64,000 nt of DNA. It comes from Podarcis pityusensis. Lineage: Eukaryota. The stretch lies in the NCBI GenBank assembly GCA_964106645.2, contig OZ067040.1, one strand, 5' to 3'. Below are positions 23,616-35,600 of this stretch, piece after piece. The notes below the pieces were generated by a model. It did no database searches. It worked only from the letters and a program-made list of their open reading frames with translations, and was not told the DNA's origin. The translations under genes were made by a program, and so were the position numbers. Numbering within the stretch: position 1 is the stretch's first letter; each line of letters starts with the position of its first letter.

Positions 23616-26600
23616 CTGCAAAAGAGAGAAAAGAATGTTTGTAACATTTTATAGTACAGCATCCTAAAATTTACAAACTGACCCACCCAACAATTTTTGC
23701 TGATAAGGAGAAAACATGCACCAATGCTGCACAGGTAGGCAGAAATTCCAAGACTTCTAGAAATGGACTGTATATAAAACCAGTTAAGAAGAATAGGGAC
23801 TACTGCAAGCCAAACCACCTTTTCCCCATCTACATGTGCTCTTGCAGAGGGTTAGGAATTAATATGGCTCTCCACTTCCCCTCTAACAAGACCTTCCAAC
23901 TAGTACAGAAACACCACACAAAACAGAAAATTCCAGTAACCAGCAAAACAAGGAAGTGCCTACACAATGCAGAGACACCCCCAAGTTAAGGGTGGGGATT
24001 TGGCAAATCCAGATTTTGAAAATTGTACTGCATTAATCTTTGACCATATGAAATCTTTAAATCACATCACAAAAATAGTCACCAAGAAAGAGGAAAGGAA
24101 GAATATACCTACAATTTCAAATCAAGAGTCTGCTTTATGGGAATATAGGGAAATATGGCAATATTCTGACAAAAATAGCAAAGGAAAACGATGAGCTGCC
24201 ATTCTGCCCAAGCGTTATATTTGCCAAGAACATATATGGTTTAACCTTGCATGTTGTGACACAACTGCATAACTGTCATCCCAATCTAAGGACAGATCAT
24301 CCTAAGCATAGCCAAACAATTGAATATAAATTTACAAAATCAAGTTTTACTTGAAATGTTGTACCTTAGTTATTAAAAAAAAACCAACCCAGAACATTTA
24401 CCTTGCAATTGTTTGACATCTCCACATCCAGATTTTCTATTAGAAGCAGAGTTTCCACCTTCCTCCAATTCGTCAAGATACAGACGATAACGATGTCCAC
24501 TCTCATCCTCATATTCTACATTTTCATCATCTGAGTCCACTTCTGGAGCAACGTACACAACTTCAAATTCAATTTCCCCTCTCTAGAATACAGAAATGAA
24601 GATTATGTTGCTTCTAAGAATGGGCAGTCCATTTAGAACACTTAAAATATGAAAACTCAGAACTATAGCTATACAACAGAATAGTAAAAAAAAAATCCTA
24701 ATATAAAAGAAAAGCCAGATCAAGTCTTGCAATACATGCCTGCAGAGTATAGTCATCCAGACAATCCTTGCTGAAATAAGAACGTTTGGAAGGACTTTCT
24801 GGACACTCTGAAGCAAGGCCCAAAATGAATGGACTACTGCTCAACTTTAGTTTAATTCTGGATGTGACTTACATGTATGGAAACTGGGTTTGTTTGTTTT
24901 TTGAAAATGGCAATACAGACAATTTTAAGAGTCTCCAAAACATTCATCTGGTGAAACTTGCACTTTCAGTAATTGCAGAAGAAAACTTCACACAGAATGT
25001 TTGCCCTACCAGTGGTGGACCTCGGGTCTCAAATTTAAGTGGTGCCCTGTGTGACGCCCAAATTTGGTGCTCCCCACACCCCTTCTCATGTTCCATTCTA
25101 AATCTTAGTTGCGGCAACCCCTGCAGTGCCCAGTGCAACTGAACCGGTCATGCTCCCCTAAATCTGCCCCAGGCCCTATCTTAGAAACATAGGAAGCTGC
25201 CTTACACCAAGTCAAACTACTGGTCCATCTAGCTCAGCCTTGTCTACACTGAATGGCAGGGAATCTCCAGGGTTTCAGAGAAGGAATCTTTCCGAACCTT
25301 GTCCAGAGATGCCAAGGACTGAACCTAGGACCTTCTGTCCTTTGCATGCAAAGTATGTGGCTCCACTACTGAGCATCTGTATGCTGCCCAGTAATTAATA
25401 AACCCTTCCTCTTAGTGCTTGTGTTCAGACACACACAGTCATAGAGCTGAAATGGAGAAATGTCAGGAGGCCCTGCCCCAAATTATTGGCCAAACCCCAC
25501 TAAATGTATATATGCATATTAACAGTTCAGTATTCATTATATAAAAATAAAATACCTGCTGCGAAAGAATAGTTACAGCTTCTTTATGTTTGGCATCTCT
25601 CAAATTTACACCATTTACTGCCAAAATGGCATCTCCAACATGCAGACCTCCACATCGATCAGCAGGCTGACCTGGGTGAATTTCAGAGATGAGGATGGGA
25701 ACACCATGCTCCTTTCCACCCTATCACAATGACATAACACAAGTCAGGAGACTGCCACAATTTCAAAATGAATTATAGCCTGTGTATGTTCTTCACTGTA
25801 GATTTCAAAAGTGTTGAATTCATGCTGCTCTTCAACAAATAAGTATTTGCTGCTCTGCGTATTTGATGTATAGCACAGTTTATAATGCATTTGTAGCAGA
25901 GATTTCACAAAAGCATAATGACAAATTTAAGTTCTTTCAGTTGCATTTATAAGAGAGTTACAAAAGCAAGCATTTGATATAGGTAACATGGGCTAGTGTG
26001 ACACACAGGAAATATAAAATAAAATGTTAAGTATCTTGTTAGTAAACACTGAATCCTAGAAAAAGAAAATAAATTCAAATATTACGGTAATTGAAATGCC
26101 CAGTCCTTCGTGATCTTCTTTAACCAATAGAACTTTCCTTATGGGACCAACACCTTGACTCTTCTTTAAAGAATCTGGATCCTAGTTTAAAAAAACAAAA
26201 AACAGCTATGACAATGCTTTTTCAAAGTTTTCCAGAGATTCACAGGACACTACTATCACTACAGACAAAATAATCTCTAAATTCAGAATGCTATAGACAT
26301 TGCTGCTATAAGAAAATCACCTTTCTAAAGATTACTTTAGAAAGGAAAACACATGCACCTCAGCCCTATCCAAGTTCCAAGTTGATGTGGCACAAGCAAA
26401 GGTTTTTCCTACACTGGCTTCAAGATAAGCAGAATAAAACAAATTTTGGGCACTAAAAAGCAGTTAGAGAAAACCCTTGTTACAGTTCTGGAAGTCACAG
26501 CGATGTTCCAGAAGTTGATGGATACAAACTTCCATTTTGATGGGGTTTAAGAGGCTGGAAGAAGTCCCACCACCCTCACTTCCCCTTTCCACAGTACCAG

Positions 26601-29600
26601 AGCAACAGGCCTTATAACTTCCAGCACCACAAGTGTTTTTTAACTGAAAGTTTTTTAGGTTGTTTTGGGGGCCCAGTTTAGGGCCTGAAAGGTTGTAAAC
26701 AAAAAAGCAATGCATTCCTTTGTGCCAGCACTATAAACCCCATGTGTTTCACCACCTCTGAGCAACAAGTTGTATGTTCAAGAGCTTGGGAGACTCAGTA
26801 TGCAGTGCAGAAGATAGGCTGAGACAGGAAGGACCAAAGTTCAAATCACCACTCAGTCATGAAGCTCACATGCTTATTATATTCCAGACACTAAATCTCA
26901 GCCCAGCCTACTTACAGGATTATTGCAAAGATCAAATGGACTATCCTGAGCTCCAGAATTTAAAAGCAGAATGCCTAATAAGATTCTCACATCTATAAAT
27001 TAAGGGTGATGTGGATGTAAATGCTGTGAATCCTTTCAATATTGAATACCTTTTTTAATTTACAGCACAATCTTAACTGTGTTTACTCAGGGATAAGTCC
27101 TACTGACTTCCAAGAAGGATTACTCTCAGGTAAGTAAAGTAATGACTGCAGCCTATGTCACTAACTAGGATTCACTTATTCCAAATCCCAATACAGAATA
27201 TCATAATTATTCCTTAAGTTTCATATACAGTTGTACCTTGGAAGTCAAATGGGATCCTTTCCAGAAATTCGTTCAATTTCCAAAATATTTGAAAACCAAA
27301 TCACAGCTTCTGAAGCTGCAAGCCCCATTGGACGTTTGGGTTCCAAAAGAACATTTGCAAACCGGGTTTGCGGCGTTCAAGAGCCAAAACATCTTGAGTT
27401 CCAGGGTGTTCGACAACCAAGGTACGACAATATGTACAATTTCAACATTTCTTCCCCTTGACTATTGAGGTGAGTTAGTAAAAAAAAGGAAAAATGCAGT
27501 CTTTACACACACTGTGATAAAATAGTGTTGTACAGTGGTGCCTCAGGTTACGTACGCTTCAGGTTACATACGCTTCAGGTTACAGACTCCGCTAACTCAG
27601 AAATAGTGCTTCAGGTTAAGAACTTTGTTTCAGGGTGAGAACAGAAATCGTGCTCCGGCGGCGCAGCGGCAGCAGGAAGCCCCATTAGATAAGTGGTGCT
27701 TCAGGTTAAGAACAGTTTCAGGTTAAGAACAGACCTCTGGAATGAATTAAGTACTTAACCCGAGGTACCACTGTAATTTAATCTACAAAAAATGAAATTC
27801 CTTTTTTCTGCCCCATTGATCAGAGCCATAATAAGAATTTCAGTTTTGAATGGCAACAGATATATTAATATATCCAATGTCGGCATACATTTAAAGGTAC
27901 AAACATTATATTGACAAATGTTGAAAACAAGAAGCTTACATGTCCTGGGGGTACTTGCATGGGTCGCTTTAGATCATTACGACCACGACATGCCCTGATC
28001 ACAGTTTTATGCCGGTGCAGATGGATTTCAGCTTCCAGCTGGTTCCAGAGTTTATCATGAGCAGGTCCTTTCATATCTCTGCCTAGTAACTGAATTTGCT
28101 GAACCCTACATAACGAGAAAAGAACATGATATGTATGAAGTGAGAGGTTCAAACGACTCTTTGATTTGCTCTCCCAGTGCCATGTTCTCAAGTCCAATAA
28201 AGAGGTAATCAAATGGCTTACAGTCACTACAATAATAGGGAAAGAAAGTGGGGAGGGTGCCATACCATACCCTTCCACAACCAAGCTTAAGGCTGCTTCC
28301 ACAATTGGCATTTACTGTGGAATAGACATGCTTTGTTCACTCACTTTTTAAGGAGTATTTGCATAATGTCATGAGTAAAACATCCCCCTCACATTTTACC
28401 TGTTCAGCTACAGACTTTTTCCAGAGCTAAAAATTCACTCTATGGCTGAGCTGTGCAATTTTCCCAGGTACAGATGGCCTAACTGCCACTCTGGCCAGTT
28501 AAACTGTTCTTCCTTCTATGTGACCCATTTTTCTTCTCCAGGAATCAAGTCAATCACTTAAAACCTTGGTTCAGATAGCACTGTCTCTATATCTGTTTCT
28601 TCCCCCTTCCCCCTGTATTCATGATCAGGAGTGCAGTGAGGAGGGAGTATTTAAACCACACACACAGGTCCCAATGAAAATAACCCCCTTCCAATGTTTC
28701 AAGTTCAGGAAAGGCGAATTGTCCACTTTACTACATAAAGTTAGAATCTGGGAAGCAGAATTGCTATTCCACTTCCAGCTTGAAGCAGAACTAGAATGAT
28801 TGCAGAATGCTAAATTGCCCATGTTTGGAAGAATCCCAAGTCTGACCTTGTGAATCCAGGTCCTTATTTCTCCCACTACAGATAGTTTTTATAGCACTTC
28901 AGCACTATCCTGATAAGCTCTTATATTCTACTCTTCCACATCCCCCATATGGTCCAAACAAATACCCTGAGATCAGGCATGTCAACTCCTAAACAACAAT
29001 TCTGTCCCAAATGTCCATCGCAAGCTACTGAATTTTTACACACCTTCCAGCTAGCTCTTTATCTAAATATTTGGCTGCGAGTCTTGCCCCATATACTTCA
29101 GCCTGGAGCACAGCTATGTGTCGACGAAGTGCCTCATTTTCCTTCCGAAGTAGCTTCACTTCAGCTTCAAGTTGAGCTTCTTTCACCTTTTCTTTCTTGT
29201 TGGCTTCAAGTTCTCTCTCCTGGTGAAGTAAAGACCCTGGTTATTTTAGCCACAAGCTAAACATTCCTATTAAGTGGATATGAAAACTGCAAGCATCTTT
29301 AGTCTAACCTTTAATTTCACATAAAAAACCATGACACACAACATTTAGATACAATCTGCGTGTACACATTTACAACGGTTTTGCAAGTGAGTAGAAAAAT
29401 GTTCATGCCACAAAGCATTTTACAAATCTTAATGTTTTACATATCTAACTGCATCACAAGGCAATTTGAGGGACAAGTCTGGAAAGCTACATTTGTTCAA
29501 GAAGAACTAACTACAGTTGAGCTATCATAATGTGAAACTGTTTTTATGACACAGCAGCTAATTTAGGATAATACAGCATGGCACTGCTTATTAAAATAAT

Positions 29601-32600
29601 TGCAAATATGAAGAAGAAAGGCAACTAGTTGGCTAAAATTATGTATATTTTAGACACATAGCAAGCATGTTAAATGAACTGATGAAAATAAAATAAGCTT
29701 CTTTAAAAATAAAGTGGTTTTTTAAACACACAAACATAATACCCAGCATTTCTGTTCCAAGGCATATTTAATTGCCAGGGAACAACACAGAGATAAGACT
29801 TAAGGAACTGGGGCTTTTTATTTAGGAAAAAAGGTAGGAAAGGGGACAAAGAATGAGAAAACTTTAATAAATATGAATAGTGTAGTAGAGAAAGTAAAGA
29901 GAGAATGTATTCCCTCTCTATCCTCCCCATTCCAAATGGACAGAGTGGATATCACCCATTGTTTACACTACAGAAAGGTACAGGAATGGAGAAATGAAGT
30001 TTTCCTGATTAAAATTGAAATACACTAGAAAAACCACACTGAATCTCACAATTTCTTGTCTATATTCCAATAGGATTTATAAAGGTTTCTAAGTATCTAT
30101 AAGTTTTAAAAATTGCAAGTTAAGTTCATGAACTACTTTCATTTTTAATTTCTGCACATATATTATGGCAGCCTGGGCAAAAATATACCATCGTGCCATT
30201 GGCTTTTGGAATGCAACTGCTGAAGGGTAGGTAGGAATATAATGCTACATAAATATACCATCATGTGACATTTTTTAAAAAAAAACCATGCTGTTTTACA
30301 TATAGGTATTCTTAAAATACTGTGGATTCTGGACAAAAAAACAGACAAACATTTTAGGTTTCACTGCACTTTGTGTGACGTTTTGGTTCTTGAACAGCTG
30401 ACTGCCATGCCATATCACAGCTGATTTTGTTCAAAGCCTGAGTGCATCACAGAGTTAGTCGCTTGGATCTCTGGATTGCGATCAAAGTCAATCTTTAATA
30501 ACCTGCTACATTTAGACTCAATTCCAAGCTTTGTTTCAAAATTCCCACATTAGTCATAGCAATCAACAGCAGCAATACAGACATGCACGTTGAGTGGAAA
30601 AGAGCATCAAATCTAAAAAGAATACTGAACATAAACAGGGACTTGGCTAAGAAACTGTGGAAAGGAAAGAATCTAGCAGACATTCACTGGCACTAACTCT
30701 CCAGGCTAATATGCGCAGCTCTGCAGAAAACTACTGCACTGCTTTGAATTAAACACAGATGAAGACAGCCAGTGAACTTACCATATCCTCCACAGAAGGG
30801 GCAGACTTAGGATGAGAGAAAAAAAGTTTAGTAATTAGAAATACTGGCCAAAAAAAAAATTATCAAAATTATAAGGCCATACATCGACAAGATTCTCAAT
30901 CTAAGCAGTAATCAAATTGTATGATCCATGGTTACAAAGAAGACAGTTACTATAAATACTTGCTCATTGAAAATGGAATTTCTCTCACACTGTGAAATGG
31001 GGAAATGTCTCCAAATAAATAGAAACTGTGATTTTACTAGCAAATAATCGAAGCCTGCACTGCAACAAGCATTTTTTTTTTTTAAAAAAAGATGTGAATA
31101 CTGGTGGAGCAAATTTTAAAAGACTGGTCTGGATATGATCTTTTTTCAGTTCCTCTTCCTTCTTTTTCATGGGCACAGTCATCATCTGATATGGTTTGAA
31201 CTAGCAGGAACTGAAAAACAAGTATGCCTTTCCAGCTAACAAGGAGCAGCAGATTTTGTACGTTATCACACCTTTTACATAAACTAAGCATTTCCTACAA
31301 TACCCTCAAAAAGTTACTTATATTTGTTTCTTGGCAAAATGAAGATTTATACTTTTGATTGACCATCTGATTTTAAATCAAATAATCAATCACTTCAAAT
31401 GTATGTCTGGAATTCAGATTGCTACTCAGGTTCATTGATAAGACCTGTACTAGCCCACTTGAACTTTTGATTTCTTTAGCCAACCGCTGTGTGGGAAAAG
31501 GATGTTGGACCAGATAGGCTTTTGGTCTGATTCAGCAGGGCTCTAATGTCCTTATGGTGCTTTTGAAACTCCCCTTGGTTTCAAATTGTAAATTGCTAGG
31601 TATACATGTGTTCCTATAAAGGAGAGGGGGCTTTGGGCTCACAAAACTTATTTCACAGTTCTTAATTCTAAGTGTATGCGAATAAAAGGCTAACATACAG
31701 TAGCCCAAAATTTGTTGACTCTAGCCATGAATAAAATCTCATGCAGCCCCTAGCACACTGGGATTTGACTGACTAGATAGTTCATTAAATACATGACGTG
31801 CTACTATAACTGGACAAGCACTTAGAAAGGTCTTATCCAAATGTGTGCTACTTGCATGCCTCAATTCCATAATACTGAATTCAATCCACAAAAATAGGAG
31901 ATGCAAAAATCCTCCTCTAAAAACTTCTATGACAGTGGAATCCTCTACATCAGGGGTGGGGAATCTTTTTGGCCCAGTGGGCCAGCTCTCTATCTCCTCC
32001 ACCCCAATGGGGTGGTCAGAGCTACTCATTAGTCATCAACTGACATCATAATGACATCAGTTGATCGATACCTGTCAAAGCTCAGCACTTCCCCAACACC
32101 TGGCTATCAGCTGGTTGCCTTGTGCTAGGGAAGCGCTGAGAACAGGTCTTGGAAAAAGATTTGCACAGCACTTCCCAAATTCCCAAAATGATTGTTGGGC
32201 CTTTGGGAAGTGATGCACGAAGCGCTTTGTAATCCCTGTTCTCAGCACTTCTCGGGCACTTTGTGCAGTGCTTCGGAAGGATCCAACAACCAGCAGTTTG
32301 TCAGACATTTGCATAACAGGTCACAAGGCGTACAGTCCCTGCAAAGCCCCTTTTGGTCAAGCACCACCTTTATGTGTTCCACATGTGATTTCATATGTGA
32401 TGCCCAGTGTAGGGAAGATGGCTTGGCAGGTCAACTGGATAGTCTTGGCAGGCCAAATTGGGCTGATGGGGGGGGGGTCCACTTCATTTTACATCTCTAG
32501 CTAATAGATTTAACAGTCTCTTAGGTAGCAAGCCTAACCATGGCAAGTGACATTCAGATAAACTAGATAAACTGCTTCCTAGATAATACAGAAAGACAGA

Positions 32601-35600
32601 AGATGAATTCTATAAGCACACATGCATACAAATAAAATACCGCATTTATTCTAATCTAATGCTCACCTTTTTTGGCCAAATTACATTGGGAAAATTCGAT
32701 TCAATGGCACATTTACATTCACCAGCAAATACTTTTTTTGGTTTAAAGGTTCTGAAAACTGAGGTGTACATTAGATTTGATAGCGCATTAGACTCGAGTA
32801 AATAAAGTAGTTTGGAGTAACAACTCTGCTGTAAAAAATAGGTCCTTCCTGTTACTAGTACTCACCAACTTTGCTTTTATTGTCCCCGAATCAACACTCT
32901 GACCAGTTTTTGCATGGAGTTGAAGTTGGATGGCATGAAGTTGTAATAGTTGATCATGCACCTCTTTTTCTAATACTGCTTTTTCAGCCCGTGTTTCTGT
33001 CAGTTCTGATTTCATGTCCACTAGCTGTGCCTGGAACATAAGTTATCCAATAATCCACATGATTAAAAAGTCTATAGAAAAAGATATTTTGACTCTGGAT
33101 GTTTTCTGTCCTTCAAATTAGTGTAAATTACCAGCTTTTAAACCAAACAAATAACACAGGTTTACATAGTCACAAAACCGCTTAAGAAGAAGTTTTTTTC
33201 AATCTGTGCAAGCTTGAATCCTAAACACAGATTGAATCAGACTGATTGATCAATAATGGGAACAGAATATTATGGAATAAACTGAAAAAGTGAGAAGATT
33301 CCACCTTTAATAACATGTTAAAATCCTGTCATACAGGAATGGTGCTCATTTATACACAATGATATTAAGGAACAGACCTACCGAGTCATAACATATATGG
33401 AATGTTTGGCACAACCAATCAGAAATATATTACATACTGAAAGAGAAAAAGAATGTTCATGCTCAAGTTCCAAGCAAGTTTGGCAAATCATATTCTAACA
33501 GTTAGAATGGTAAAATTCTAAGGTTAATGACAGTTAAAGATTTAGCATAACCTCTAGCTGATTAATGTGTTTCAGCAATGAAAGACCTCTTGCTGGGAAT
33601 TCGCTTTTGCTTTCTGCTATGTAAATTGTTTCATATCAGAGGCCTTTTTGTTTATCTACTAAGCCTTAACATTCAACTGGGTATTCACAGCATACAAATA
33701 TATGATTCAGTTAATATCCTGTGATCTTTTAACACAGCTAACAGTCAATTGTTTCCTGCTTGTTTATTCTTACTGGTATGTCAGTCTACAGCAGGCTTCC
33801 TCAAATTCGGCCCTCCAGATGTTTTGAGACTACAATTCCCATCATCCCTGACCACTGGTCCTGCTAGCTAGGGATCGTAGGAGTTGTAGACCAAAAACAT
33901 CTGGAGGGCCGAGTTTGAGGAAGCCTGGTCTACAAAATAGTACAGTGGTGCCTCGCAAGACGAAAAGAATCCGTTCTGTGAGTCTCTTCGTCTAGCGGTT
34001 TTTTCGTCTTGCGAAGCAAGCCCATTGACGGATTAGCGGATTAGCGCTATTAGCGGCTTTTAGCGGCTTATCAGCTTATCGGATAAGCAGATAAGCGGCT
34101 TAGCGGCTTAGAAAAAGGGGGGGGGAAGGAAAAAAAAAACCGCAGGAACTCGCAAGACATTTTCGTCTTGCAAAGCAAGCCCATAGGAGATTTGTTTTGC
34201 GAAGCACCTCCAAAACGGAAAACTCTTTCGTCTAGCGAGTTTTCCGTCTTGCGAGGCATTCGTCTTGTGGGGCACCACTGTAGTGGATTACCCTACACCT
34301 TACTGTGCTTTAGGAAAGCCTGCAGGAATGTAATAGCCTTTACCTTAACTGTTTATTGATTTTATGGTTATTTCTGAAGGGTGTGAGTGGGTGGAAGACC
34401 AACCCCCCAAGTACACTAGGCATTGTTAAACTGTAGCATAACACATTTACAATTTATCACTGCAAGAAACGAAAGGCTATGGTAGTCTAAACAGTAGTGT
34501 GTTATAATTCATGATCACTATTTTCTTTTATGTTGATTACTCTTTCATAGCTGTAAGAGCTTAGAAAAGACACTCCGCCAATTGCAAACAATAATGACTG
34601 AGCAAGTCTTGCTGATATAATTGCCATCTTGCGCAAACACACAGTCTAGATGTACAATTTGCCAACAGGAAGTCAAATGCTAAAAACTGACTTGTTGCTT
34701 ACAACTGTTTAGCAAAACTGATCTCCTCTGAACTAAATGGGGGGGGAGAGATTGGACAGCTTTAACAAGATTTATGTGCACATTTCACTACAGGAATCAC
34801 TAAGATGGTTAAAACTGTATTATTTAAAAAGATTTTTTTTATCCTACCATTCAACTTAAGGGTTTCCAAGGCAACCACATGAACTACAGGGGATAATAAG
34901 TAATGCTTTTAGAAGTGATAGGGTCCGTATGAAAATTGGGAGATTATACTTTGCCAGTAACTGATTCCAGTGAGGGAAAGTGTATTGGGTGTATTGAAAA
35001 CTTTACTTCTCATTAATATTGATTATTGCTGAAAGTTGTTCTAAAATACAATTCTCCATTCTGAAGGAAATCAGCCCTGAGTGCTCACTGGAAGGACAGA
35101 TCGTGAAGCTGAGGCTCCAATACTTTGGCCACCTCATGAGAAGAGAAGACTCCCTGGAAAAGACCCTGATGTTGGGAAAGATGGAGGGCACAAGGAGAAG
35201 GGGACGACAGAGAATGAGATGGTTGGATGGTGTTCTTGAAGCTACCAGCATGAGTTTGATCAAACTGCGGGAGGCAGTGGAGGACAGAAGTGCCTGGCGT
35301 GCTCTGGTCCATGGGGTCACGAAGAGTCGGACACGACTAAATGACTAAACAACAATTTTTAAGCCAACTTCAATTCCTTGACTTCAACAATCTTTTATTT
35401 AGAACATAAACTTACATACAAATAGGGTTTGAGCCATAACTTTTTACCATATCTATGGATGTGTTACTGATTTGATTCAAACAAGAGAAGGAAGGTACAT
35501 TTGGAAGCATCAATGCATCAGAAATAGAGTAAGAAAAAAAAGACAGCATTGATGTTCTCTAATTGCCTTCAAGCTATTAATATGTTTAGAACATCAGTGT

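Noticed and set aside
31100-31215. Purine-rich minus-strand stretch after an acceptor-like tttttcag in GOPC intron 2 ([10 protein letters not shown]...)
   Set aside because: No convincing GT donor and no similarity to known GOPC sequence; cannot support it as an exon
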